The notes under the pieces are model-generated. The model had not been told where the DNA came from and did not search any database. It saw only the letters and a list, made by a program, of their open reading frames with translations. From the NCBI GenBank assembly GCA_051746405.1, contig JBNJFB010000001.1, positions 118,335 through 182,334 on the forward strand: 64,000 nt of DNA. The letters run 5' to 3'. Shown here in pieces: positions 39,096 through 49,907 of this stretch. The position numbers and the translations under genes are program-made. Source of the DNA: Campylobacterota bacterium. GTDB taxonomy: Bacteria > Campylobacterota > Campylobacteria > Campylobacterales > Arcobacteraceae. Numbering within the stretch: position 1 is the stretch's first letter; every line of letters starts with the position of its first letter.

Positions 39096-41069
39096 ATGGC
39101 AAAATTTATAGTAAAATCAGAGTACTCTCCAGCTGGAGACCAACCAAAGGCTATAGAAGCACTTAGTGATTCTATAATAAAAGGTAATAAGTTTAATACA
39201 CTATTAGGTGTAACAGGTAGTGGTAAAACATATACCATGGCTAAGGTTATTGAAAAAACAAAAAAGCCCACACTTATAATGACTCATAATAAAACTCTTG
39301 CAGCACAACTATACTCAGAGTTTAAAGCTTTTTTCCCAAATAATCATGTGGAGTATTTCATCTCTTATTATGACTATTATCAACCTGAAGCTTATATTCC
39401 AAGAAGTGATTTGTTTATTGAAAAAGATAGTTCTATAAATGAAGAGCTAGAGAGGTTAAGACTAAGTGCAACTGCATCTTTACTTAGTTTTGATGATGTT
39501 ATTGTTATTGCTTCTGTTTCAGCTAATTATGGTTTAGGTAACCCAGAAGAGTACAAAGCAATGGTTCAAAAAATTGAAGTAGGTTTTGAATACTCTCAGC
39601 GAGAGTTTTTATTAAAACTTGTAGAGATGGGATACAAAAGAAATGATAAGTTTTTTGACAGGTCTGATTTTAGAGTAAATGGTGATGTTATAGATATTTT
39701 TCCTGCATACTATGAGGATGAGTTTATTAGAGTAGAGTTTTTTGGTGATGAAGTTGAGATGATTACAAAACATGAGTACCTAACAAACAATAAACTACAA
39801 GATTTAGATGATATTATTATCTACTCTGTAAATCCATTTGTTGTATCAAATGATAGATTAGCAGTTGCAGTAAAAGCAATAGAAGAAGAGTTAGAAGAGA
39901 GATTAAAAAACTTAAAACAAAATGACAAAATAGTAGAGCATCAAAGACTAAAACAAAGAGTAGAGTTTGATTTAGAGATGATTGAGGGTACAGGTATGTG
40001 TAAGGGAATTGAAAACTATGCAAGACATCTTACAGGTCAAAAGCCAGGTGAGACACCATATTCACTTATGAACTATTTTGAATCTATGCATGATGATTTT
40101 TTACTAATTGTAGATGAGTCCCATGTATCACTACCTCAGTTCAAGGGAATGTATGCAGCAGATAGAAGTAGAAAAGAGGTACTTGTAGAGTATGGATTTA
40201 GACTCCCTAGTGCTTTAGATAATAGACCTTTAAAGTTTGATGAGTTTATTAATAGAAAAGCCTCATACCTTTTTGTAAGTGCAACCCCAAATGAGCTTGA
40301 ATTAGGAAAGTCTTCAGTTGTAGCAGAACAGATTATTAGACCAACTGGATTGCTTGACCCAGTTATTGATATAAAAGATAGTGAATATCAAGTTGAAACT
40401 TTACATGATGAGTTAAAAAAAGTAATTAAAAAAGATCAAAGAGCATTAGTTACAGTTCTTACAAAGAAAATGGCAGAAGAGTTAGCATCATACTATAGTG
40501 ATTTAGGAATCAAAGTAAAATATATGCATAGTGAAATTGATGCAATTGAAAGAAATCAAATAATAAGAGAGCTAAGACTTGGAGAGTTTGATGTACTTAT
40601 TGGAATTAACCTATTAAGAGAAGGGTTAGATATTCCAGAAACCTCCTTAGTTGCTATTTTAGATGCAGATAAAGAAGGGTTTTTAAGAAGTAAAACATCA
40701 CTGGTACAAACAATAGGAAGAGCTGCAAGAAATGAAAATGGAAGAGTGATACTATTTGCTAAAAGAGTTACAGACTCTATGCAGTTTGCAATAGATGAGA
40801 CAAATAGAAGAAGAGAGATACAGCAAAAGTTCAATGAAGAGCATAATATCACACCAAAATCCACAAAAAGACAGCTAGATAAAAATCTAAAACTTGAAGA
40901 GTACGATACTATTGCTCTAAAAAAAGAGAAAATGGAGAAAATGCCAGCTAGCGAAAGAAAGAAAATGTTAGTTGAGTTAAACAAGCAGATGAAAAAAGCC
41001 TCAAGTGAATTAAACTTTGAAGAGGCTATTAGAATCAGAGATGAAATTGAGAAGTTAAAAAAACTTTAA
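39096..41069 (+). CDS. uvrB: Excinuclease ABC subunit B
   Basis: [24 protein letters not shown]-terminal UVR domain. Confidence 0.98.
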   Translation: MAKFIVKSEYSPAGDQPKAIEALSDSIIKGNKFNTLLGVTGSGKTYTMAKVIEKTKKPTLIMTHNKTLAAQLYSEFKAFFPNNHVEYFISYYDYYQPEAYIPRSDLFIEKDSSINEELERLRLSATASLLSFDDVIVIASVSANYGLGNPEEYKAMVQKIEVGFEYSQREFLLKLVEMGYKRNDKFFDRSDFRVNGDVIDIFPAYYEDEFIRVEFFGDEVEMITKHEYLTNNKLQDLDDIIIYSVNPFVVSNDRLAVAVKAIEEELEERLKNLKQNDKIVEHQRLKQRVEFDLEMIEGTGMCKGIENYARHLTGQKPGETPYSLMNYFESMHDDFLLIVDESHVSLPQFKGMYAADRSRKEVLVEYGFRLPSALDNRPLKFDEFINRKASYLFVSATPNELELGKSSVVAEQIIRPTGLLDPVIDIKDSEYQVETLHDELKKVIKKDQRALVTVLTKKMAEELASYYSDLGIKVKYMHSEIDAIERNQIIRELRLGEFDVLIGINLLREGLDIPETSLVAILDADKEGFLRSKTSLVQTIGRAARNENGRVILFAKRVTDSMQFAIDETNRRREIQQKFNEEHNITPKSTKRQLDKNLKLEEYDTIALKKEKMEKMPASERKKMLVELNKQMKKASSELNFEEAIRIRDEIEKLKKL

Positions 41070-41079
41070 AGGAAAAAAG

Positions 41080-41730
41080 GTGCCTAAGAAAGCAACAAGA
41101 AAAGATATAGAGATTATTAAAGAAGCATTTATACAAAACTATAGTGATGCGGTTACGGAGCTTAATTATAAAAATGATTATGAGCTATTAATATCAATTA
41201 TTTTAAGTGCACAATGTACTGATAAAAGAGTAAATATAATAACTCCAGCACTATTTGAGAAGTACCCATCAGTGTTTGAATTAGCAGATGCTTCTTTAGA
41301 AGATGTAAAAGAGCTTATTCGAAGTTGTTCATTTTTTAATAATAAAGCAAAAAATATTATAAAAATGGCACAAAGCGTTATTGGTGATTTTGATGGAAAT
41401 ATTCCTCACAATGAAAAAGACTTGATTAAGCTTGCAGGTGTTGGAAATAAAACAGCAAATGTTTTTATGATTGAGTTTAAAGGTGCAAATCTTATGGCTG
41501 TTGATACCCATGTATTTAGAGTCTCACATAGATTAGGACTAAGTGATGCAAAAAATGTAAATGAAACAGAAAAGCAGCTAGTAAAGAAACTAAAAGGGGA
41601 TGATTTACATATTTTCCATCAAGCAATGGTTCTATTTGGAAGATATATTTGTAAAGCAGTTAAACCTGAGTGTGAAAACTGCTTGTTTCCTGAAGTTTGT
41701 AAAACAAAAAAGAGTTTTAAGCCATCATAA
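41080..41730 (+). CDS. nth: Endonuclease III
   Basis: LSAQCTD, LAGVGNKTA, VDTHV, C..KP.C..C cluster. Confidence 0.96.
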   Translation: MPKKATRKDIEIIKEAFIQNYSDAVTELNYKNDYELLISIILSAQCTDKRVNIITPALFEKYPSVFELADASLEDVKELIRSCSFFNNKAKNIIKMAQSVIGDFDGNIPHNEKDLIKLAGVGNKTANVFMIEFKGANLMAVDTHVFRVSHRLGLSDAKNVNETEKQLVKKLKGDDLHIFHQAMVLFGRYICKAVKPECENCLFPEVCKTKKSFKPS

Positions 41731-42693
41731 ACTCTTTTTTATAAATAGCTCTTTTATTTTTGTATTTAGACCGTTTGAGTTAAACATAATTAATTCACGA
41801 TAATATCTATGAAGATTTTTTTCTAAAAGAACTGATTTACCTCCATAATTTATCATAGAGATAGTTATGATATCTAATACAGTATAAAAAAGTTCAACTC
41901 TTTGTTTATCTAAAAGTTCTCCATCATTACAACTCAAAAATCTTTGTTTAATATCCTCTAATTTCTCTTTATTTATTCTTTTTAGAGTTTTATCTTCACT
42001 ATTTTTTATAGCACTATTTCCTAAAGAATACAAGCAGTAGTGTACAGTTTTTGAAAGGCTTTTATTTTTTGTATAGTTTCCAATAGGGTTTTTTGAAACA
42101 ATATTTTTCTTTTTAACAAAATAGTTTGTTAATTTTATATTTACAGTATTTAAAGCCATTGCTACAAAAGTTTTTGGTCTACTAACTATTTTAAACCCTT
42201 TTTTCTCTTTAAAAGAGGTTACTACTTCACACTCATAATCATCCAGATGAAATCCAATTAGTAGCTTATCAAAAATCTTATAACCACTAGCCCAAGTTAA
42301 TTCACCATTTAGTAAGTATCCATCTTTATATTTTTTGGCTTTTACTGCTGTTTTTGGCATTCTTAAATGGTTTATTGCAATTCCACACTTTTTAGCAAAA
42401 AATTTATCTTTTCTAGCAAACTCATTTTTTGCCATAATTGAGTTTGCAGCAAGTATTTGAATACCAAGAAAAGATAAGCTTCCACTATAGAGTGTGAGTT
42501 TTTCAAAAAGCTGAAGTTTTAACTCTTCTTGTGTTTCTTTATCAAAACTATATAGCTTAAAAAGGTCATAATCATAAGCCAAATCAAAAGCCTTTTTAAG
42601 CTCTTTTGGTTTTTCATCACACTTATATAGTGTGAACTTCTCTAGCTTTTTACAAACACTGCTTAGATTTTTAAGGTATTTATCTTTTGTCAC
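41725..42693 (-). CDS. Divergent acyl-CoA dehydrogenase-like flavoprotein
   Basis: GYLLNGELTWASG, YGGKSV...RYYRE. Confidence 0.6.
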   Translation of the reverse strand: MTKDKYLKNLSSVCKKLEKFTLYKCDEKPKELKKAFDLAYDYDLFKLYSFDKETQEELKLQLFEKLTLYSGSLSFLGIQILAANSIMAKNEFARKDKFFAKKCGIAINHLRMPKTAVKAKKYKDGYLLNGELTWASGYKIFDKLLIGFHLDDYECEVVTSFKEKKGFKIVSRPKTFVAMALNTVNIKLTNYFVKKKNIVSKNPIGNYTKNKSLSKTVHYCLYSLGNSAIKNSEDKTLKRINKEKLEDIKQRFLSCNDGELLDKQRVELFYTVLDIITISMINYGGKSVLLEKNLHRYYRELIMFNSNGLNTKIKELFIKKSL

Positions 42694-43091
42694 TATTTCA
42701 CCTTACACTCTTCATTGAAGTTTTTAAAATAGTATTCATCTTCGATTAAAACTGACTCAACATTTTTAGCTTCACAAAAGTACTCTTTGCCATCTTTTTT
42801 AATAATGTATATAAAATCATAAATCTCATCACTACTACTTAAAACTTGAACATTTGTTTGTTTTATAGATAGTTTTTCTATCTCATAACCTTTTTGTTCT
42901 TTATAGTACACTTTAAAAGCTTTTGGTAATTTCTCTTTTTGAAAATTGTTGTAATAGAGTAAACCAGCTATTATAACTACAATTATAGAAACAAATGTAC
43001 CAATCTCTTTTTTGGTAAAACTCTTTTTAACTCTATAAGTAATATATACAATAATAGCAATAATAATTAATGAAAAAATAATAATCTGCAT
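42693..43091 (-). CDS. Two-TM hypothetical protein
   Basis: AGGA RBS; coupled to the downstream gene. Confidence 0.7.
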   Translation of the reverse strand: MQIIIFSLIIIAIIVYITYRVKKSFTKKEIGTFVSIIVVIIAGLLYYNNFQKEKLPKAFKVYYKEQKGYEIEKLSIKQTNVQVLSSSDEIYDFIYIIKKDGKEYFCEAKNVESVLIEDEYYFKNFNEECKVK

Positions 43092-43214
43092 TTTAATCCT
43101 CTTTTATTTTATATTTATTATATCAAAACTTAACACTTATTTAACTAATAATTAATACTAATTTAACAACTCAATGTAATAATTTCAAGAAATTATATAA
43201 CAAGGAAAAATTAA

Positions 43215-45164
43215 ATGAAAAAAGTTTTAAGTCTTTCGCTTATTACAGCTGCGTCAATAATAAGTGCAAATGAAACTGTAAGTTTAGAATCTATAAATGT
43301 AATAGAGAAGGCTAATACAAAAATTGTAAAAGATGTTAGTAACGAGCAGATTAAAAGTGCTGATTTAGCAGAGTCACTTACAAAAAATGTACCTTCAATA
43401 TCTATTGTAAGAAGAAGTGGTATTGCCAATGATATTATTCTAAGGGGAAGTAAGAAAGATAATATTAATATCTTAATTGATGATGCGAAAATATATGGTG
43501 CTTGTCCAAATAGAATGGACCCACCAACTTCACATGTATTATCAAATAACATTGAAAGTGTAGAGGTAATAGAAGGTCCTTATGATGTGGAAAACTTTGG
43601 TACACTTAGTGGAAAAGTAAAGGTAAATACAAAAGAACCTAAAGAGAAGTTTCAAGGTGAGTTAAATGTAGGTGCTGGAAGTTTTGGCTATAAGAAGTTT
43701 AGTGCAAATGTAAGTGGTGGGAACGAAAATGTTAAAGTACTAGTTTCAGCATCAACTGAAAGTAGTGACCAATATGAAGATGGAAATGGAAATGACTTTT
43801 TAGAACAACAAATAGCAAATGGCGTACCAACTGATAGTCAATACTCAAAGAGTGATTTAGAAGCTTATGAAAAGAAAACACTTTTAACAAAACTGATTTT
43901 TAATATAGATGATAGTAGTGAGGTTAAACTATCATACAATGCAAATAGAAGTGATAATGTTCTTTATCCAAATACTCCTATGGATGCTGATTATGATGAC
44001 TCAAATATCTACACTTTAGGGTATACAAAAAGAGATTTAGGAGAGTACTCAAAAGAGTTGGATTTAGAGTATTACTACTCAAATGTTGACCATCCTATGA
44101 GTTTAAGACTTAGAGACACTACTAAAAATAATATGACAAACCATATGAAAAGTTCAATTTGGGGTGCAAAAATAAAAAATAGTATGGAAGTTTCTGATAG
44201 TTTAGTAACTTTAGGTCTTGATACTAGTATTAGAAATTGGAAAGGAAAATATTTAAATGATATCAATCCATATATTCGAGATTCAATTGCTAGTACTGAT
44301 ACAAAAAATAAAGCATTATTTACAATAGTAGAAAGAAGCTTTGGAAATCTTGATTTAGAGTTTGGAGCAAGATATGACTATACAGACATAAATACAGTTG
44401 ATACAACAAAAAAAGATAATAAGTACACTTCACTAAGTGCTAATATCTTTGGTATTTATAATGTAGATGAAAATACTAAATATTTCGCAGGGATAGGGAA
44501 AGCTTCAAGGGTACCTGATGCAAGAGAACTTTATTCTAAAACTTCAGCTGGAGAATATACAGGAAATGATGATTTAGAGGATACAACAAACTATGAGATA
44601 GATTTAGGTTTTGAAAAAACAATCGGTATGTTTAATATCAAAGCAAAAGCATTTTATTCAAAACTAGAAGATTATATTTATAATACAGGAACATTTGAGA
44701 ATATTGATGCGAATATCTATGGATTTGATATAAGCGGTTTTTACTATCTTAATGATGAGGTATCATTTGATTATGGATTAGCATATCAAAGAGGCAAAAA
44801 AGATGGAAATTATGAGGATAAGGACTTAGCAGAGATTCCACCACTAAAAGGAAATTTTGCTATAAACTACGAAAAAGGAAATTCAAAGTTTACAACTCAA
44901 ATAGTAGCAGTTGATAGTTGGGATAGTTTTGATAGTTCTGCGAAGGAGCAAGAGTTAGGTGGATATGCAGTTGTAAATACAAAATACAATAATAGTATTA
45001 CTAAAAATATTGGTTTTACTTTAGGTATTGATAATATTTTTGATAAAGCATATTCATCAACTAATACTTATCAAGATATTAAGTATGTAGAAGCATTATC
45101 TGAAAGAGTTAAACTAAACGATCCAGGAAGATACTTCTATGCAAACTTAAAATATAGCTTTTAA
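43215..45164 (+). CDS. TonB-dependent receptor, OprC/NosA copper type
   Basis: Signal peptide, plug motif GACPNRMDPP, VDHPM, C-terminal YSF. Confidence 0.85.
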   Translation: MKKVLSLSLITAASIISANETVSLESINVIEKANTKIVKDVSNEQIKSADLAESLTKNVPSISIVRRSGIANDIILRGSKKDNINILIDDAKIYGACPNRMDPPTSHVLSNNIESVEVIEGPYDVENFGTLSGKVKVNTKEPKEKFQGELNVGAGSFGYKKFSANVSGGNENVKVLVSASTESSDQYEDGNGNDFLEQQIANGVPTDSQYSKSDLEAYEKKTLLTKLIFNIDDSSEVKLSYNANRSDNVLYPNTPMDADYDDSNIYTLGYTKRDLGEYSKELDLEYYYSNVDHPMSLRLRDTTKNNMTNHMKSSIWGAKIKNSMEVSDSLVTLGLDTSIRNWKGKYLNDINPYIRDSIASTDTKNKALFTIVERSFGNLDLEFGARYDYTDINTVDTTKKDNKYTSLSANIFGIYNVDENTKYFAGIGKASRVPDARELYSKTSAGEYTGNDDLEDTTNYEIDLGFEKTIGMFNIKAKAFYSKLEDYIYNTGTFENIDANIYGFDISGFYYLNDEVSFDYGLAYQRGKKDGNYEDKDLAEIPPLKGNFAINYEKGNSKFTTQIVAVDSWDSFDSSAKEQELGGYAVVNTKYNNSITKNIGFTLGIDNIFDKAYSSTNTYQDIKYVEALSERVKLNDPGRYFYANLKYSF

Positions 45165-45178
45165 AAGCTATATTTTAA
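45147..45178. terminator. Perfect 32-bp palindrome spanning two convergent stop codons
   Basis: TTAAAATATAGCTTTT|AAAAGCTATATTTTAA. Confidence 0.6.
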
Positions 45179-46401
45179 TCAAAATTCATAGTAATTTGAG
45201 TCTGTCCCGTCGAGCCAAAATCTTCATCAATTTGTCTACCAATATCTTTGAAATCAATTCCTTGAACAGTTTTTAAGCCTTTAAATATCTGTTTTTTCCC
45301 ATTTAACAACTCTTTTGATTTAATTCCATGCGAAATAGATAGGCTAGCTTCTACAAATGCAGAGAGTTTATCGCACTGTTTTAGTGCTATTCCATCTATT
45401 GGATTGTACTCATCAAAGTTATATTTTGAGACATCCTCTACTATTTTGATTTTGTCTTTATAGATTTTATTTACAAACTCCTCTTTTTGTCCATCATAAA
45501 GTCCTAATATATAAGAGAACTCATCATGTAAAAAAGAGGGAATATAAGGTAAAATATCATCTTCAATCTTTTGCATTTCATACTCTGCAATTATATCTGA
45601 TAGATTATCAACAGAGTATTTTACGGGAGTTATTATATCCCTTGTAAGGGCTTCAGGTAAGTCATGAAATAGTGAAACAAAAAAGTTATTTTGAAGTCTT
45701 TTATCACAAGCTTTTACATCTAAACTATAAAAATAACTAAAAATAGCAACTGTTAGCATATGTCCTAAAACAGATGTTTCAGGTACTCTTGGGGTTTGTG
45801 CCCATCTTTTTTGAAATCTTAATCTACCACTTAAATCTACAATTTTAGCAAGCTTTTTATTTAAAGCTATTTTTCTAACTCCAATTAATTCATAATAGTC
45901 TTCAATCTCTTCTTCAACACTCTTTTTCACATCTTCGATATCACTTAAAAATGCACTTGTTTGATATACGATTGAAAACTCCCATCTTGTAGCTATATAA
46001 GATGCTGCTTTTAAAATAAATCTCTCTTTTTCATACATAGTAGGGTAGTTTAAGTAGTCTTCAAACTTTTGTAGAAAACTTCCATTATCTATTTTTTCCA
46101 AAGAGGCACTAAGTTTAGAAATAACCCAAGAGTTTATCTCTTTGGCTTTTTTTTGTAGGGCTTTTCTAAATACATCAGGTCTAATATCAGTTACAACTAC
46201 ACGTCTTAAAAACTCAAATATACCAGCTTGAATAAGGTTTGTGTAGTTCACATCATCTTCAAACTTTGCAATAAAAAAAGCAATAATAAATTTGTGAGCT
46301 TGCTTATCGAGTTCAACAAGCTCTACCATTCTTGGATAGTCATTCCATCTTTGAATTGATGCAGATGAAAAGATATCATCTATTATTTGTGGATTAATCA
46401 T
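45175..46401 (-). CDS. Tandem HD-domain protein (YfbR-like)
   Basis: IQRWND, QKRWAQ, SVLGH, FHDLPE, CDKLSA. Confidence 0.82.
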   Translation of the reverse strand: MINPQIIDDIFSSASIQRWNDYPRMVELVELDKQAHKFIIAFFIAKFEDDVNYTNLIQAGIFEFLRRVVVTDIRPDVFRKALQKKAKEINSWVISKLSASLEKIDNGSFLQKFEDYLNYPTMYEKERFILKAASYIATRWEFSIVYQTSAFLSDIEDVKKSVEEEIEDYYELIGVRKIALNKKLAKIVDLSGRLRFQKRWAQTPRVPETSVLGHMLTVAIFSYFYSLDVKACDKRLQNNFFVSLFHDLPEALTRDIITPVKYSVDNLSDIIAEYEMQKIEDDILPYIPSFLHDEFSYILGLYDGQKEEFVNKIYKDKIKIVEDVSKYNFDEYNPIDGIALKQCDKLSAFVEASLSISHGIKSKELLNGKKQIFKGLKTVQGIDFKDIGRQIDEDFGSTGQTQITMNFD

Positions 46402-46526
46402 TTTTTATCTTTGTCCTTTGGCTTTTTATGTGATTTTGAGTCATCACTTATCATCATTTTTTTACCTAGCATTATAAATGCTATTACAAAAAACATCATC
46501 AAGTATACTTGCCAAGGCTCTCTCAT
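46398..46526 (-). CDS. 42-aa single-TM small protein, not in the ORF track
   Basis: MREPWQVYLMMFFVIAFIMLGKKMMISDDSKSHKKPKDKDKK; AAGGGA RBS; ATGA overlap with the HD gene. Confidence 0.7.
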   Translation of the reverse strand: MREPWQVYLMMFFVIAFIMLGKKMMISDDSKSHKKPKDKDKK

Positions 46527-46548
46527 GAAAATCCCTTATTTTATTGAT

Positions 46549-47004
46549 TTATGTTCTACAAGACCCCATTTTATTTAAAGCATCTATTTTCTCAACTCTT
46601 TGTGTATGTCTTCCACCCTCAAATGAGGCTTTATCCCAAGCATCAACAATAGCTTCAACCATACCATATCCCGATACTCTTTCACCAAGGCAGATTACGT
46701 TTGCATCATTGTGTTGTCTTGCTAATCTTGCTGAATACTCATTTTGGCAAAGTGCTGCTCTAATACCATCATATTTATTAGCAGCCATTGACATTCCAAT
46801 ACCAGAACCACAAATCAATATACCTCTACTATTTTCATTTGCAATTACACTCTCACACACTTTTGAAGCAAAATCAGGATAATCAACTCTATTTTTATCG
46901 TATGGTCCTAAATCTACTACTTCATGACCTTTTTTTTCAAACAACTCTTTTACATAACTTTTAATATCAATACCTGCATGATCTGCACCTATAAAGTATT
47001 TCAT
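46549..47004 (-). CDS. rpiB: Ribose 5-phosphate isomerase B
   Basis: GADHAG, DYPD, ICGSGIG, HNDAN, FEGGRH. Confidence 0.96.
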   Translation of the reverse strand: MKYFIGADHAGIDIKSYVKELFEKKGHEVVDLGPYDKNRVDYPDFASKVCESVIANENSRGILICGSGIGMSMAANKYDGIRAALCQNEYSARLARQHNDANVICLGERVSGYGMVEAIVDAWDKASFEGGRHTQRVEKIDALNKMGSCRT

Positions 47005-47789
47005 TAGTAAATTCCCTCTTTGTGATTTATCTTTATATTTTTAGTATCCATCTCTTTTTCTATAGTTTCAATAGTTTTAAACATTCTTTCCCATCTAATC
47101 TCTTTATTCTCATCCCACGAAAAGTATACAAACCAAGGTTTTCCTACAATATTTTTATATGGAACCGTTCCCCAAAATCTTGAATCATTTGAGTGGTCTC
47201 TATTATCACCCATCATAAAAGTATGATCTTGTGGTATTTGTCTTGGCATCATATCAAATAGTTGGTGAGGTGTTAAACCATTTTTTATTACACTTGGGTC
47301 ATTATGAATGCCAGGATGTTCTTCTTTATATGGATTTATTACCCATAGTTTATTTTCAATTTTTATGATTTTTTCTTTAGAGTAGTTATTTTGAACAAAC
47401 TCATTTCCCTCATGGGGATGAAGTAATAAGTTTTTATCTCTTATTGCTACTAAATCACCACCAATAGCAACAGCTCTTTTTACATAGTGAATTTTATCAT
47501 TTTTAGGATATCTAAATACGACAATATCTCCACGTTTTGGTCTATTACCCTCTATTAAGTGCCCATTATCATTAAAATCAGGTAGGACTTTTAGTTCAAT
47601 CCAAGGAATCCTAGGAGTTGGAATACCATATGAAAACTTTTTTACAAAAAGCATATCACCAATTTTTAAGGTGTTTTTCATACTTCCACTAGGTATTACA
47701 AACGCTTGTGCAATAAAGAAAATTATTGTTAGAACTATTACTATTGTACCAGGCCACGATGCAGCCCAGTTATAAAGTTTTCTTAACAT
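47004..47789 (-). CDS. lepB: Signal peptidase I
   Basis: IPSGSM, YVKR, MGDNRDHSNDSRFWG. Confidence 0.96.
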   Translation of the reverse strand: MLRKLYNWAASWPGTIVIVLTIIFFIAQAFVIPSGSMKNTLKIGDMLFVKKFSYGIPTPRIPWIELKVLPDFNDNGHLIEGNRPKRGDIVVFRYPKNDKIHYVKRAVAIGGDLVAIRDKNLLLHPHEGNEFVQNNYSKEKIIKIENKLWVINPYKEEHPGIHNDPSVIKNGLTPHQLFDMMPRQIPQDHTFMMGDNRDHSNDSRFWGTVPYKNIVGKPWFVYFSWDENKEIRWERMFKTIETIEKEMDTKNIKINHKEGIY

Positions 47790-47792
47790 CTA

Positions 47793-48647
47793 CTAGTTTC
47801 TCTCTTCTCTTAAATATGCTGCTTTAAGTGTATTTTTTAAAAGCATTCCAATTGTCATAGGTCCAACTCCACCAGGAACAGGAGTTATAAATGAACATTT
47901 GTCTTTACAATCTTCAAAGTCTGCATCACCTGTTAATTTTCCCGTATCAAGTCTGTTTATACCAACATCAATTACAACTGCACCATCTTTTAGCATCTCA
48001 CCTTTTAAAAGATGAACAACACCAACTGCAACTACTACAATATCAGCATTTTTAGTATAAAAACTTAAATCTTTTGTACTTGAATTACAAACTGTAACTG
48101 TAGCTTTTGCATTTGTAAGTAAAGCTGCCATTGGCTTTCCAACAATGTCAGAACTTCCTATTACAACTGCATTTTTACCTTTTAACTCTATATTATACTC
48201 TTCAAAAATTCTCATAATACCAAATGGAGTTGCTGGTAAAAAAGTATCTAGATTAGATACCATTCTTCCTACATTATAAGGGTGAAATCCATCTACGTCT
48301 TTAAAAGTACTAATTGCTTCTAAAACCGTTCTTGTATCAATATGTTTTGGTAGTGGTAGCTGTACTAAGATACCATCTAATTTTTTATCTTTGTTCATTT
48401 TATCAATCATTTCAAGTAACTCATCTTGAGTTGTTGAAGATGGCTTTTCATGAACTTCAGAGTAGATTCCTGCTGCTTCACATGATTTAGCTTTACTTCT
48501 TACATATGTTGCGCTAGCTGGGTCATCACCAACTAAGATAACTGATAAACCAGGAGTAATACCTTTTTTTGCTTTTAGTTCTTGAGTTTCAACTCTTACT
48601 TCTTCTTTTATTTTATTAGATAGTGCTTTTCCATCAAGTAGTGTCAT
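47793..48647 (-). CDS. folD: Methylenetetrahydrofolate dehydrogenase/cyclohydrolase
   Basis: VQLPLP, KDVDG, TPVPGGVGPMT. Confidence 0.97.
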   Translation of the reverse strand: MTLLDGKALSNKIKEEVRVETQELKAKKGITPGLSVILVGDDPASATYVRSKAKSCEAAGIYSEVHEKPSSTTQDELLEMIDKMNKDKKLDGILVQLPLPKHIDTRTVLEAISTFKDVDGFHPYNVGRMVSNLDTFLPATPFGIMRIFEEYNIELKGKNAVVIGSSDIVGKPMAALLTNAKATVTVCNSSTKDLSFYTKNADIVVVAVGVVHLLKGEMLKDGAVVIDVGINRLDTGKLTGDADFEDCKDKCSFITPVPGGVGPMTIGMLLKNTLKAAYLREERN

Positions 48648-48805
48648 TGGGGTTAAACCTTGTATTAAAATCTTTTATTATTAAGGTTTGTATATTACCA
48701 CAATAAAGGTTACAAAAAGTTAAACCCACTTGAAAATAAACTTAAACTAACTTTTAGTAAACTTTTAATATACTTCGCGACTTAATTCAAACAAAAGGAT
48801 AGTTT

Positions 48806-49342
48806 ATGTTAGAGGGTATCGTAAGAGATAGTATGACAAAACAAGAAACTAAATCTTTAAGAAGAGATGGTTACTTAATTGCAAATATTTATGGTAAAGG
48901 TTTAGAAAATATTTCTGCTGCTTTTAAATCAAACGAGTTTATCAAAGAGATGAAAACAAAAACTTCAATTACATTTGATGCTAAAATTGATGGAAAAGAT
49001 TACAAACTAGTAGTACAAGAGTACCAAAGTTGTCCTATTACAGCTGATTTATTACATGTTGATTTAATGGTTGCTCAACCAGGTATTAAAGCTTCTTATA
49101 AAGTTCCTGTTAAAACTACAGGTACACCAATTGGACTTAAAAATAAAGGTCTTTTAATGACTCATACGAAAAGAGTTCCAGTTAAATGTACTATTGAAGA
49201 TTTACCAGAAAACTTCACTTTAGATGTTAAAAAACTAGATGTTGGAAATAATATCTTAGTAAGAGATTTAGATATGCCTGAAAATGTTGATTGTTATTTA
49301 GACCCTAGAGTTCCTATTGTTGGTGTAATTAAAGCTAAGTAG
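48806..49342 (+). CDS. rplY: 50S ribosomal protein L25/Ctc
   Basis: LRRDG..ANIYG, LLHVDL; adjacent to pth. Confidence 0.93.
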   Translation: MLEGIVRDSMTKQETKSLRRDGYLIANIYGKGLENISAAFKSNEFIKEMKTKTSITFDAKIDGKDYKLVVQEYQSCPITADLLHVDLMVAQPGIKASYKVPVKTTGTPIGLKNKGLLMTHTKRVPVKCTIEDLPENFTLDVKKLDVGNNILVRDLDMPENVDCYLDPRVPIVGVIKAK

Positions 49343-49349
49343 TTTTAAT

Positions 49350-49904
49350 ATGCATTTAATAGCAGGTCTTGGAAATATTGGTGAAAAATACGAATTAACT
49401 AGACACAATGTGGGATTTATGGTTATCGATGAGATAATCAAAAATCTTGCAACTACAAATATAAATAAAACCACATTTCACTCTACACTTTATAAATCAG
49501 GTTATGATTTATACTCAAAACCCACGACACTTATGAATAATTCAGGAATAGCAATAAAAGCTATAAAAGATTATTATAAAATAGATTTAGAGAATATAAT
49601 AATAATACATGATGATTTAGATTTGCCATTTGGAACTGTAAAGTTTAAAAGAGGTGGTGGACATGGTGGTCATAATGGACTTAAATCACTTGATTCTCAT
49701 ATTACAAAAGATTATATTAGAGTTAGAATAGGTATAGGAAAGCCACAAGATAAACTACAAGTGGTAAATTATGTATTAAATAATTTCTCAAAAGAAGAAT
49801 TAAATAGATTAAAAGATATAATATCTCATACTATAGAAGCGATAAATTTTTTAAAGAAAACTGATGATATCGCAGAAGTAAAATCCAAATTTACATTGAA
49901 GTAA
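49350..49904 (+). CDS. pth: Peptidyl-tRNA hydrolase
   Basis: GLGN, TRHNVG, HDDLD, GGHNG. Confidence 0.97.
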   Translation: MHLIAGLGNIGEKYELTRHNVGFMVIDEIIKNLATTNINKTTFHSTLYKSGYDLYSKPTTLMNNSGIAIKAIKDYYKIDLENIIIIHDDLDLPFGTVKFKRGGGHGGHNGLKSLDSHITKDYIRVRIGIGKPQDKLQVVNYVLNNFSKEELNRLKDIISHTIEAINFLKKTDDIAEVKSKFTLK

Positions 49905-49907
49905 TAT

